Below are positions 28,670 through 37,952 of a stretch of 64,000 nucleotides of DNA, piece by piece. The stretch covers positions 450-64,449 of the forward strand of contig CALRGT010000001.1 in assembly GCA_943358095.1 (NCBI GenBank). The letters are read 5' to 3'. A model generated the notes under the pieces. The model was not told where the DNA came from. It saw only the letters and a program-made list of their open reading frames with translations, and did no database searches. Each line of letters opens with the position of its first letter. The first letter of the stretch is position 1. Both the position numbers and the translations under genes were made by a program. Source of the stretch: an uncultured Candidatus Saccharimonas sp. GTDB taxonomy: Bacteria; Patescibacteriota; Saccharimonadia; Saccharimonadales; AQU-01.

Positions 28670-29161
28670 TTAAACTTCGGGGTGAGTAATTTCAAAAACA
28701 GCTATTCGACCAATATTTTTTGGAATATATGGATAGATCTCAATAGCTGCGGCGTGTGCTTTCTCGCCAGGATTAATGAGGCTTCCAGACAAACTTGATC
28801 CAGTTTCGGAATTACTTATCCATTCAACAGGATTTTTGCCTAATCGACTAAAACTAAGAGGCCCAACAGTCAAGTCAAACCTGTGAGCAGCAGAAGTGGC
28901 GCCAACTATAAATCCGTCAAGCGTAGGAGTTTCTTTGCCCTCTGGTGCTTTAAAAATAAATGGTCTAATAGTCGTCTTTTCTTCGTCTATATAGCTTGGC
29001 TCGATAGAACCGTTAAGAATATTAATAGCTCTTATGCCGAGGTCACTACCTTTAATGGTCTTTGGGTTTGTTCTAAGCAAATCAACGTAGGCATGACGAG
29101 CCGCCTCAACATCACGCATGTGTTCTATATGGTTTAATCGTTGTCTAATTGTTTCGCTCAT
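28670..29161 (-). CDS. hypothetical protein
   Basis: 163-aa ATG ORF convergent with thyX; no motif recognised. Confidence 0.6.
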   Translation of the reverse strand: MSETIRQRLNHIEHMRDVEAARHAYVDLLRTNPKTIKGSDLGIRAINILNGSIEPSYIDEEKTTIRPFIFKAPEGKETPTLDGFIVGATSAAHRFDLTVGPLSFSRLGKNPVEWISNSETGSSLSGSLINPGEKAHAAAIEIYPYIPKNIGRIAVFEITHPEV

Positions 29162-29293
29162 AGTATCAATTTCTTATCAGTACTTTTTTGTGGTTTTTAG
29201 ATGACCGAACATTATTATACTACTTTAATTGTATTTGTAAAGTTCATAGTCATTATAGTAATTTTCGTAACGAAATAAAGGTTAAAAATTATT

Positions 29294-29322
29294 TTGACAT
29301 TAGATTGCTAATCGTTTAGTAT
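29294..29322 (+). promoter_or_regulatory. sigma70 promoter of the Leu-rich leader
   Basis: TTGACA-17nt-TAGTAT; ATG 8 nt downstream. Confidence 0.75.
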
Positions 29323-29330
29323 AAATAATA

Positions 29331-29417
29331 ATGAAAACCCAGACCCAACTAGTAGCACTCAACCTCAGTCTTCCGCGGCTGTGCCCTGAGATAGTTGGGG
29401 CCGCGTTTAGTCGATAA
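29331..29417 (+). CDS. putative attenuator leader peptide MKTQTQLVALNLSLPRLCPEIVGAAFSR (Leu-rich)
   Basis: 28-aa near-leaderless ORF with 5 Leu codons, embedded in alternative stems. Confidence 0.6.
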   Translation: MKTQTQLVALNLSLPRLCPEIVGAAFSR

Positions 29418-29475
29418 GACATAACGCCGTGGTACAGCCCAGCAACAAGAGCCCTAACAAAAGTTAGAGCTTTTT
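29344..29475 (+). promoter_or_regulatory. transcription attenuator upstream of ORF 29488
   Basis: CCCAACTA(29344-51):TAGTTGGG(29392-99); GTTGGGGC(29394-401):GCCCTAAC(29451-58); terminator GAGCCCTAAC-AAAA-GTTAGAGC-TTTTT. Confidence 0.65.
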
Positions 29476-29487
29476 AAATTAAATAGA

Positions 29488-29751
29488 ATGGAATTATTGA
29501 TGAGACGAGAAACAGAACAGTACTTTAGACGTGCAATTTTAAGCGGCGACAATGGTGCTTCTGAGCAAATTAAAATGTCACACCCCGGTAAGGCTAATGG
29601 TATCAGACGTACTATGGGCGCTATTGCTGCACAAATTATTCGCTCTGAAGAGGGTTTACCTTTACCAGATTTTATAAGGCAAGAACCGTCAGCTGTTGAC
29701 TCAGTTCCTGATACAACATTTGCCGTAACAACAGAAGATGAAACAAGATAA
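29488..29751 (+). CDS. hypothetical protein
   Basis: 87-aa ORF directly after the attenuator; TAATG coupling to next ORF. Confidence 0.6.
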   Translation: MELLMRRETEQYFRRAILSGDNGASEQIKMSHPGKANGIRRTMGAIAAQIIRSEEGLPLPDFIRQEPSAVDSVPDTTFAVTTEDETR

Positions 29752-29957
29752 TGGAAAAGAACATAGAAAATTTTGATATTAACAGTCCAGAAACAACTAA
29801 TGAACGCATAGCTAAATTGCACAGACAAGGTCGCTTAATCCCAGCTCCGCCAGACACTGCTTTTTTTGGAGGCCGTCCCGCAGGAATCGTAGGAATAAGT
29901 GGCGCTGAAGTAGAAATGGTATTTGTCGGCTTAGGCAATGCTGTCGAAAACATATAG
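29751..29957 (+). CDS. hypothetical protein, possibly frameshifted (-1 frame open to 30085)
   Basis: 68-aa ORF; -1 frame continues KHIVARAYAD...GYED* to 30085. Confidence 0.5.
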   Translation: MEKNIENFDINSPETTNERIAKLHRQGRLIPAPPDTAFFGGRPAGIVGISGAEVEMVFVGLGNAVENI

Positions 29958-30102
29958 TAGCTCGCGCGTACGCCGATCACAGGCACACCGTAAATACGTT
30001 TTTTCTAATGCCACAGATAGAAGAGGTATATAACTATCCGACGCAGATCTATGGCGACTCGTTTCCAAGGGGTTATGAGGATTAAATTTGCCCGATATGT
30101 GA

Positions 30103-30131
30103 TTGACTTAATCTGTTAAATAGACTAGAAT
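30103..30131 (+). promoter_or_regulatory. sigma70 promoter of rplJ-rplL
   Basis: TTGACT-17nt-TAGAAT. Confidence 0.75.
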
Positions 30132-30138
30132 AACTCTG

Positions 30139-30256
30139 TTACCAAAGACAGTAGCGGTGAGTCCTAACAGACAAACGTAAAAATGCTACCGAGGTCAGAA
30201 TTTATTCTCTTCGAAATTATTAGTCTTTGATGTAAATCGTCGAAGACTTTTTATTT
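30139..30256 (+). ncRNA. ribosomal protein L10 leader with terminator
   Basis: CCAAAGACAGTAGC...GCTACCGAGG core upstream of rplJ; terminator AGTCTTTGATG/CGTCGAAGACT-TTTT. Confidence 0.85.
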
Positions 30257-30318
30257 TCGGTAACAAACAGTCCTCAATGGTCGATGGCTGTTAATAACAA
30301 CAAAAGGAAACATTATCT

Positions 30319-30843
30319 ATGGCGCTAAGTAGAATCAAGAAGAACGAAGTACTCGACGAAGTCAGTGGCTTACTCGATGCTTCAAAACTTACTGTACTTG
30401 CAGCATATGCCGGTACGAGCGTGAAAGAGCTACAAGAGTTGCGAAAATCAGCTCGTGAAAACTCGACTCACGTTAGAGTCATCAAAAACCGTTTGGTCAT
30501 TAAGGCACTACAAAACAACGAACGCTTTAAAGCAGTTGACACTAGCGCACTAAAAGGCCAGATACTATACGCCTTCAACAGCGAAGACGAAGTAGCTTCA
30601 GCACAAGTTTTGGCAAAGTTTGCTAAAACCGCTCCAACTCTTCAATTCGTAGGTGGTATCAGTAGCGAAGGTGCTTTTATTAGCGCCGACGACGTAAAAG
30701 CCCTAGCATTATTGCCGGGCAAAAATCAGCTTATTGCTGAGGTACTGGCAACACTTTCATCTCCGTTAGACGGAGTTATGAACGGTTTGTCAGGCAACTT
30801 ACACGCTCTACTCGATGGAGTAGAAGCTAAGGCAAAAGCCTAA
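30319..30843 (+). CDS. rplJ: 50S ribosomal protein L10
   Basis: YAGTSVKELQELRK, VIKNRL, LALLP.K..L. Confidence 0.96.
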   Translation: MALSRIKKNEVLDEVSGLLDASKLTVLAAYAGTSVKELQELRKSARENSTHVRVIKNRLVIKALQNNERFKAVDTSALKGQILYAFNSEDEVASAQVLAKFAKTAPTLQFVGGISSEGAFISADDVKALALLPGKNQLIAEVLATLSSPLDGVMNGLSGNLHALLDGVEAKAKA

Positions 30844-30865
30844 TTAATTTAAGAAAGGATCTATC

Positions 30866-31246
30866 ATGGCAGATTTAAAGAAGATTGCAGAACAGTTAAC
30901 AGGCTTGACTGTACTAGAAGTTAACGAACTTAAGACTATCCTTAAGGATGAATACGGTATCGAACCAGCTGCAGCAGCAGTTGCAATGGCCGGTCCAGCT
31001 GGCGGCGGCGACGCTGCTCCTGCTGAAGACGCTAAAAGTGAATACAACGTCGTTCTAAAAGACGCTGGTGCACAGAAGGTCGCTATCATCAAAGCTGTTA
31101 AGGACATCACAGGCCTAGGTCTTGGTGAAGCTAAAGCTCTAGTTGATGGTGCTCCAAAAACTATCTTAGAAAACGCTAAGAAAGATGACGCTGAAGCAGC
31201 CAAGAAAACTCTTGAAGACGCTGGCGCAACTGTCGAACTAGTCTAA
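30866..31246 (+). CDS. rplL: 50S ribosomal protein L7/L12
   Basis: [40 protein letters not shown]. Confidence 0.99.
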   Translation: MADLKKIAEQLTGLTVLEVNELKTILKDEYGIEPAAAAVAMAGPAGGGDAAPAEDAKSEYNVVLKDAGAQKVAIIKAVKDITGLGLGEAKALVDGAPKTILENAKKDDAEAAKKTLEDAGATVELV

Positions 31247-31264
31247 TCACTAGATTCTGCAATG

Positions 31265-31302
31265 AATAGAGCTCTGTCCCTTGGACGGGGCTCTATTTAT
31301 TT
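31265..31302 (+). terminator. intrinsic terminator after rplL
   Basis: AATAGAGCTCTGTCC-CTT-GGACGGGGCTCTATT-TATTT. Confidence 0.85.
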
Positions 31303-31423
31303 CTGCCGATCTTTTAATGATAGTTGTCCACAGAATTATTTTAATTTTTTGACTTGACGAACGAACCGTGGTACGTTAAAGCTAATATTGGAGCAAAAAT
31401 AGACAGGATACGCTGGAGCAAAT

Positions 31424-31933
31424 ATGGCCGACTTCCCAGAGAAACAAGTTAAAAGACTAAGAACCCTCATTCAGGAGGCAGAAACAAGCCTAGCTGCCGC
31501 TAAAGAGCTTCTAGTTAGCATTGTGGGCGAAGATCCTACAGTTACTGCATCATTGACCGACGATAACCTAGGTAAAATCATCGAAGGTGTATTTGATGGT
31601 CAAATTATGGTTGGCTCTGACGGCAAGACTTATCCAGTGCCAGCAAATTACGCTTCTAAATCAAAATTAGTCCAAGGTGACATACTTAAACTTACAATTG
31701 CAGACGATGGCGCCTTTATGTACAAGCAAATCGGGCCTATACCTCGCAAGCAGATTGTCGGTATGCTAGAACTAAAAGACGGACATTACTTTGTAAACGT
31801 CGGTGAACGAGCTTACCGCGTATTACTTGCTAGCGTGACTTACTTTAAGGCAAAGCCTGGCGACCAAGTTAGCGTAAACGTACCAGAAGACGACGACCAT
31901 ACCGAATGGGCTGCTCTAGAAGCAGCTCTGTAG
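31424..31933 (+). CDS. conserved hypothetical protein (CPR-type family next to rplL)
   Basis: IEGVFDGQ, YPVPANYASKSKL, YKQIGP, VLLASVTYFK; GGAG SD. Confidence 0.8.
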   Translation: MADFPEKQVKRLRTLIQEAETSLAAAKELLVSIVGEDPTVTASLTDDNLGKIIEGVFDGQIMVGSDGKTYPVPANYASKSKLVQGDILKLTIADDGAFMYKQIGPIPRKQIVGMLELKDGHYFVNVGERAYRVLLASVTYFKAKPGDQVSVNVPEDDDHTEWAALEAAL

Positions 31934-31978
31934 TATACACATATTGATACACCGTGATTTTCATTCTATAATATAGTC

Positions 31979-32650
31979 ATGACTCAAGAAAATACTGAGA
32001 AGCTACACAGACTTCAGTCCAATCATAATGACTGGGATGATATTAAGGATGAAGATCTATCACGGTTGCAAAGAATTGCTAAAAAGTCTCATGGAGTAAT
32101 AACGGCTGCTAATGCCATTACCATCGCAGGAACAGTTGCTGTTATAAATGGCCTTAGCGATTTTGCTGATGGACGCAAAGTAGAAGGCACAGCCAAAGTA
32201 CTAGTTGGCAGATTAGGCGACATAGCGGACGGCGCAGTAGCTGACAAAACAAAAACAAAAGGTAGATTTGGGAGAGATCTTGATCCTACAGTTGATAAAA
32301 TTCAGCTTGCAGCCGGTCTTGTAATACTTACAGGTGCAGATGTACTACCAATTGCAGCAACCATCGCAGTAGCAACCCCAAACATCATAGGCTCAATAGG
32401 TTCTATTGCAGCAAGAAAACACGGCGTAGAAGTCAATCCATCTGCGTCAGGAAAACACGGCGCAGCGGCTGTGTGGATTGGCGTTGGAGCTTTCATGCTC
32501 AAGAACGCCATCGAGAAACATTCACCCGGTTTGGTAGATTCTGGTCTGGAAGCTATTGGCTGGGCAGGCACTGTAGGAGGTGCAGCATTATCATTACCTG
32601 CAGCAGTCGAATATTCAAAAGCTGGATTCAGTGAAAATCTCGATAAGTAA
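31979..32650 (+). CDS. CDP-alcohol phosphatidyltransferase family protein
   Basis: Signature D..DG..A...G...D...D: DIADGAVADKTKTKGRFGRDLDPTVDK; ANAIT. Confidence 0.8.
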   Translation: MTQENTEKLHRLQSNHNDWDDIKDEDLSRLQRIAKKSHGVITAANAITIAGTVAVINGLSDFADGRKVEGTAKVLVGRLGDIADGAVADKTKTKGRFGRDLDPTVDKIQLAAGLVILTGADVLPIAATIAVATPNIIGSIGSIAARKHGVEVNPSASGKHGAAAVWIGVGAFMLKNAIEKHSPGLVDSGLEAIGWAGTVGGAALSLPAAVEYSKAGFSENLDK

Positions 32651-32782
32651 TCACTACCGCGCCGCTAATATACGTTGTAAAAACGAACTCACGCAGATTA
32701 CTGCTGATAGCTTATAATTGTACTACTAACTAAGTGGAGGGTTTCGGCGACTGAATGTATTGTCAGTTTATGAAAATTACTA

Positions 32783-34288
32783 ATGGCTCAGGCTTTATAC
32801 AGAAAATACCGTCCTAAAAAGCTAAGTGATGTTGTCGGACAAGAACATATCACCAGCACTCTAGATAACGCCCTTAAAAGCGGCAAATTAAGCCATGCTT
32901 ATTTATTTACGGGCCCTCATGGCGTAGGCAAAACATCTATAGCTCGCATACTAGCCCACGAAGTAAATGACCTTAAATATGACGATGAGTCTAGTCACTT
33001 AGATATAATCGAAATTGATGCCGCCAGTAACCGCCGAATTGACGAAATACGAGATATACGCGACAAAGTACATATCAGCCCAACATCCGCCAAGTACAAA
33101 GTTTATATAATTGACGAAGTTCATATGTTAACCAGAGAAGCTTTTAATGCGCTATTAAAAACTCTCGAGGAACCCCCAGCTCACGTTATTTTTATCTTGG
33201 CGACTACTGAGGTACACAAACTTCCTGAAACAATTATCAGCAGAACTCAACGCTATTCATTTAAACCAATCGAAATAAGTAGCGCCATTAAGCAGCTTGC
33301 CCTAATATCTCAAAAAGAAGGAATCGATGCTGACGAAGAGGCCCTAAGACTGATAGCAGAACAGGGCGACGGCAGTTTTCGTGACAGCATCAGCCTCCTC
33401 GATCAATCACGTCACACTGGCAAATTAACTTCTGACGATGTGCGAAGAATTCTTGGCATTGCTCCTGATGTTTTTATAAACAAAATCATTGAAATTATAA
33501 ATACTGGCACGGCGATTGAAATAATTAAGGTTCTACAAGAATTAAAAGATTTGGGGTACCAACCAACTAGTATCGCCAAACAAATTTCAGAAAAGCTTAG
33601 AGAAGCTGTAATAAACGACTCTTCACAAATGAGCGCGAATGATTCTCTAGCACTATTATCTAAATTACTTCAGGTCCCTACCTACAATAATCCTGAACAA
33701 TATCTAGAAATTACGCTGTTAGGAGTGGTTCTGGGTAACGATGAGCAAACATTCTCTAAACCTATAAAAGCAGCAGCGATAGCCTCACCAAGCCCTGTCC
33801 TTAAGATCGAAACTATTGCTCCAGAAATTACTGAGCCCATAAAACAAACCGAACCTGCACCAAAAGCAGTAAAAGAAACTAAGCCAGTCAAAAAACCAGA
33901 AGTAGAAAAAATCGTTAAAATTACACCTGATGATACGAACTTTGTAGAAGTCATATGGCCGACGGTTTTAAACGAGCTAAAGACTCGACATAGCACGCTA
34001 TATGGGGTTCTTAGGATGTCTACTGCAAGCTTTGGAGAGCAGACGCTTACACTTCTATTTCGATTTCCATTTCATCAAAAACAGATGAAGGATTCCAAAA
34101 ATCACAAGAAACTTTACGATATTATTAGCGAAAAGATCGATACCCCAATAACTATCATCTACGAAATGAGTCAAAAAGGTGAGGCGGAAGAGCCAGCAGC
34201 AATAAAAGAAACTGCAGCACCAGCTAAAGACACAAATATTGATACCGTAAGCAATATTTTTGCAGGCGCCGAAGTGCTAGAATCATAA
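32783..34288 (+). CDS. dnaX: DNA polymerase III subunit gamma/tau
   Basis: ALYRKYRP, GPHGVGKTS, EIDAASN, IIDEVHML, AFNALLKTLEEPP. Confidence 0.98.
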   Translation: MAQALYRKYRPKKLSDVVGQEHITSTLDNALKSGKLSHAYLFTGPHGVGKTSIARILAHEVNDLKYDDESSHLDIIEIDAASNRRIDEIRDIRDKVHISPTSAKYKVYIIDEVHMLTREAFNALLKTLEEPPAHVIFILATTEVHKLPETIISRTQRYSFKPIEISSAIKQLALISQKEGIDADEEALRLIAEQGDGSFRDSISLLDQSRHTGKLTSDDVRRILGIAPDVFINKIIEIINTGTAIEIIKVLQELKDLGYQPTSIAKQISEKLREAVINDSSQMSANDSLALLSKLLQVPTYNNPEQYLEITLLGVVLGNDEQTFSKPIKAAAIASPSPVLKIETIAPEITEPIKQTEPAPKAVKETKPVKKPEVEKIVKITPDDTNFVEVIWPTVLNELKTRHSTLYGVLRMSTASFGEQTLTLLFRFPFHQKQMKDSKNHKKLYDIISEKIDTPITIIYEMSQKGEAEEPAAIKETAAPAKDTNIDTVSNIFAGAEVLES

Positions 34289-34312
34289 ATATAATAAGGT
34301 GTTGAACGAATA

Positions 34313-35671
34313 ATGGATCCAAAAGCTGCAAATATTCCACCTCAAAACCTCGATGCCGAGGCTAGTTTGCTTGGAGCTATATTAATTGACAGCGACGCAA
34401 TCGTAAAAATCGCTGACAGTATATTTAGCGGAGACTTCTATGATCCTAAGCACCAAAGAATATACGAAGCGATAAGTCACTTATACGAAAAACACAGCCC
34501 CATAGATGTGCTGACACTTGCTGATCAATTAAGAAATGCTGATTTTTTAGACTTCGTTGGAGGCGCCGCATTTCTTACAGAACTCACTAACTATGTACCG
34601 ACAGCATCGCATGTCGAGAAATACGCAGAAATTGTTTCTCAAAAATCCTTAAGACGCCGTTTAATCAAAGCGTCGCAAGAAATCATCACGCTAGGTTACG
34701 ACGAAGGTCACGATTTGCAGCAACTGATAGAAGGCGCCGAAACAAGTTTATTTGAAGTTAGTCAGCAACACGTCAAACAAGATATTACTAGCCTAGAAAC
34801 TATACTTGGCGAAAGTTTTGATAGACTCGACGAGCTACACAAAGACAAGGGCAAGATTCGCGGCGTACCAACAGGATTCAAGGACTTAGACAATATTCTT
34901 GCAGGCTTGCAGCGCTCTGACTTATTCATTCTTGCCGCTCGACCTTCTATGGGTAAAACAGCTCTAGCTCTTAACTTCGCCCACAACGTAGCTCTGCAAT
35001 CAAAAGAAGTCGTCTTGCTTTTCAGTCTTGAAATGAGCAAAGAACAGTTGGTTGATCGTATGTTAGCTATGGAGTCCGGCGTTGATGCTTGGGCGCTAAG
35101 AACAGGTAATCTAACAGATTCAGACTTCGAAAAAATTGGTCACGCAATGGGCACATTGTCTGAAGCACCTATTTACATTGACGATACCCCTAGCATTTCA
35201 ATTAGTGAACTTCGTACTAAAGCCCGCAGGGAAGCACATCAACACAAACTAGGCTTAATTATCGTGGACTATTTGCAGCTTATGAGTGGTGGCGGAAGAT
35301 TTGGCGGTGATGGAAACCGCGTACAAGAAATTTCTGAAATATCACGTGGTCTTAAGGGTGTAGCTCGAGAACTAGACGTTCCTATTATTGCACTGAGTCA
35401 GCTAAGCCGTTCAGTTGAGAGCCGAACTCCCCAGATTCCACAATTATCTGACCTTCGTGAATCTGGTTCAATTGAGCAAGATGCGGACGTTGTGGCTTTT
35501 ATCTACAGAGAGGACTACTATAACCCTCAATCTGAGCGCAAAAACATCACAGACATTCTTATCAAAAAGCATCGTAACGGTCCAACAGGCGGAGTAGAAC
35601 TTTACTTCGACAAAGATAAGCAACGATTCCGCAGCCTAGACACCAAACACAGCCAACCATTCAGCGAATAA
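34313..35671 (+). CDS. dnaB: replicative DNA helicase
   Basis: AARPSMGKT, FSLEMS, IVDYLQLM, LSDLRESGSIEQDAD, KHRNGPTG; no intein. Confidence 0.99.
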   Translation: MDPKAANIPPQNLDAEASLLGAILIDSDAIVKIADSIFSGDFYDPKHQRIYEAISHLYEKHSPIDVLTLADQLRNADFLDFVGGAAFLTELTNYVPTASHVEKYAEIVSQKSLRRRLIKASQEIITLGYDEGHDLQQLIEGAETSLFEVSQQHVKQDITSLETILGESFDRLDELHKDKGKIRGVPTGFKDLDNILAGLQRSDLFILAARPSMGKTALALNFAHNVALQSKEVVLLFSLEMSKEQLVDRMLAMESGVDAWALRTGNLTDSDFEKIGHAMGTLSEAPIYIDDTPSISISELRTKARREAHQHKLGLIIVDYLQLMSGGGRFGGDGNRVQEISEISRGLKGVARELDVPIIALSQLSRSVESRTPQIPQLSDLRESGSIEQDADVVAFIYREDYYNPQSERKNITDILIKKHRNGPTGGVELYFDKDKQRFRSLDTKHSQPFSE

Positions 35672-35724
35672 TGCTAGCAATTATCGTTAATGCTAATATT
35701 CATATATAATTGTATTTAACTATT

Positions 35725-36915
35725 ATGAACATCAAGACAGTGCGTACAAATATTGAAATCTACTGGAAAGACACCATCTATTGGTTGGCTGGCCTTACAG
35801 TTTTTGTCGCTATTTTGGGATATCACATTAGTACACTACTGACAGGGGCGACGCCTAAAGAAATCGCAACCGTAACATCTGTACGGAACTTAAAGACACT
35901 TAGCCTAGACCCGACATTTATCGTTTACAAGGCAGCTCAACAAGTCATGAATTTGTTTTCTGCCAACACTGTTCATAACACTAGACTAATCAGCACGGCT
36001 TTTGCTGTAGTAACAATGCTTCTTTTCTATTATGTGTTAAGGCATTGGCAGGGCACCAAAATTGCTATTTTAGGAACCATTATGCTGGTTACTTCCAGTT
36101 GGTTTTTGACTTATGCAAGAATGGCTACGCCTGACATAACCTATATTTTGCTAATAGTAATGAGTTTCGCTTACGTCATATGGGCCAAAAACTCTATGCA
36201 TGAATCTCGAACTATTATTGCCGGCGGACTTTTGACTGTAGCGTTAATCTATACGCCAGGTTTAATATGGTTCATCGTATTGCCTGCAATATGGCAAAGA
36301 AAGTTAATAAGCCAACTGATCTTCAAATCTTCTAAATCAGCTATTGCGGCCTTAACATTGACTATAATACTGCTACTACCGCTTGGCTATTCGGTATTTA
36401 GTCAGCCAACTATTATCAACACTTTTCTAGCTCTTCCGACTAACCTCTCAGCTCTACCTATGCACTTTATTCAAAACATTATTAATATATTTCGTTCCCT
36501 GACTTTCGGATCTCAAAATGATGCCACCCTGGGATTAATAAAAGAACCAGTTATTGATATATTTACTTGTGCTATGTTACTTCTCGGACTATTCGATAGC
36601 TACACTGAGCGCGGACTCGATAGAACTAAAATGGTCGTCGGGTTTTTTGCGATCAGCATAATACTAGTGTCTCTAGGAGGAGTTGTCGGCGATGCAATAC
36701 TTCTTCCGTTTATTTACCTATTAGCCAGCATTGGTATTGGACGAATGCTAGGAAATTGGTTTATAGTCTTTCCTCGCAACCCAGTAGCTAGAAATATTGG
36801 ACTAGGTCTAATTATCGGAATGATTGCACTTGTAGGGTACTATCACATTACTAGATATTTCGTAGCCTGGCCAAACTCTCCAGAAACAATAAATGCTCTC
36901 AAGAAATTTGAATAG
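35725..36915 (+). CDS. polytopic membrane protein, GT-C/PMT-like glycosyltransferase
   Basis: Many TM segments; TRLIS, SSWFLTYARMATPDI pattern typical of GT39/ArnT-like proteins. Confidence 0.6.
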   Translation: MNIKTVRTNIEIYWKDTIYWLAGLTVFVAILGYHISTLLTGATPKEIATVTSVRNLKTLSLDPTFIVYKAAQQVMNLFSANTVHNTRLISTAFAVVTMLLFYYVLRHWQGTKIAILGTIMLVTSSWFLTYARMATPDITYILLIVMSFAYVIWAKNSMHESRTIIAGGLLTVALIYTPGLIWFIVLPAIWQRKLISQLIFKSSKSAIAALTLTIILLLPLGYSVFSQPTIINTFLALPTNLSALPMHFIQNIINIFRSLTFGSQNDATLGLIKEPVIDIFTCAMLLLGLFDSYTERGLDRTKMVVGFFAISIILVSLGGVVGDAILLPFIYLLASIGIGRMLGNWFIVFPRNPVARNIGLGLIIGMIALVGYYHITRYFVAWPNSPETINALKKFE

Positions 36916-36983
36916 AAAAAGCCTTAGGGGTGTCGATTGAATCGAAACTACTATATAATATAAGTACTAAATAAGGAGGCAAC

Positions 36984-37277
36984 ATGAGCCGTTTTGATCA
37001 AGCAAAGATGCTAATACAAGTTAAAAAAGCCCAGAAAGAATTACAAAAGGCTGTTTTAGTCGTGGAAAAAGGTGACGGAGCAGTGCGTATCGAGATTACT
37101 GGTGAACAAAAAATCAAGAAACTTCACATCGATAAAGATTCTGTTGATCTTGATGATATTGGACAGCTAGAACGATGGATTGAAGACGCCATAAGAGACG
37201 CAATTACAGAAAGCCAGAAGTTGGCAGCCGAAAAAATGCAACCATTTATGGGCGCTCTGGGCAACTTAGGACTATAG
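36984..37277 (+). CDS. YbaB/EbfC nucleoid-associated protein
   Basis: AQKELQ, GDGAVRIEITGEQKI; directly upstream of recR. Confidence 0.9.
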   Translation: MSRFDQAKMLIQVKKAQKELQKAVLVVEKGDGAVRIEITGEQKIKKLHIDKDSVDLDDIGQLERWIEDAIRDAITESQKLAAEKMQPFMGALGNLGL

Positions 37278-37281
37278 TAAC

Positions 37282-37890
37282 GTGCAAATTTTGCCTCCAA
37301 CCTTACTCGACTTAGTCGATGCGCTAGGGTCACTGCCTGGAGTCGGTCCTCGTACTGCAGAAAGATACGCTTACTATTTGCTCAAAAGAGATCCTGCTAT
37401 TGCCGATAAGCTAGGTTTAGCTCTGGGCAATCTACATCAAGGAATTGGACAATGTAGCGTAACTTTTGCATTGGTAGAAAAAGGAAAAGAAGTCTCCGAC
37501 TTATATACCGATCCTAAAAGAGACAAGCAGCTAGTCGCTGTCGTCGCTGAACCGTTTGACATCGTGTCTCTAGAAAAGACAAACCTTTTTAATGGCACTT
37601 ACCACGTTCTTGGGGGTCTGGTGAGTCCAATCGACAACGTTGGCCCTGATCAACTACGAATTTCCGAACTTATAGCACGCATTGACGCCGATGATGTAAA
37701 AGAGATAATTCTAGCAACAAATGCCAGCGTAGAAGGTGAATCTACAGCGCTATACATCCAGCAGCAACTAGGTAAGCGCGACGTCAAAATTAGTAGACTT
37801 GCCAGAGGAATCCCTATTGGAGTTGATTTAGAATACGCCGACCAAATCACACTAGGAAGAGCACTTGAGGGTCGCACCGAACTACAATAA
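37282..37890 (+). CDS. recR: recombination protein RecR (C4 zinc finger degenerate)
   Basis: LPGVGPRTAER, YHVLGG, EIILAT..VEGEST, LARGIPIG.DLEYAD. Confidence 0.97.
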   Translation: MQILPPTLLDLVDALGSLPGVGPRTAERYAYYLLKRDPAIADKLGLALGNLHQGIGQCSVTFALVEKGKEVSDLYTDPKRDKQLVAVVAEPFDIVSLEKTNLFNGTYHVLGGLVSPIDNVGPDQLRISELIARIDADDVKEIILATNASVEGESTALYIQQQLGKRDVKISRLARGIPIGVDLEYADQITLGRALEGRTELQ

Positions 37891-37952
37891 GCCTATTATT
37901 ATAAATTACAGCCTGTCACGCGCAGACAATAAGCTATATAATACAGTCCAAT

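Noticed and set aside
32720-32782. SRP RNA or other ncRNA upstream of dnaX
   Set aside because: Too short, and no SRP domain IV motif is visible.
32783-34288. Programmed -1 frameshift in dnaX
   Set aside because: No A-AAA-AAG site with a downstream hairpin or long A-run was seen.
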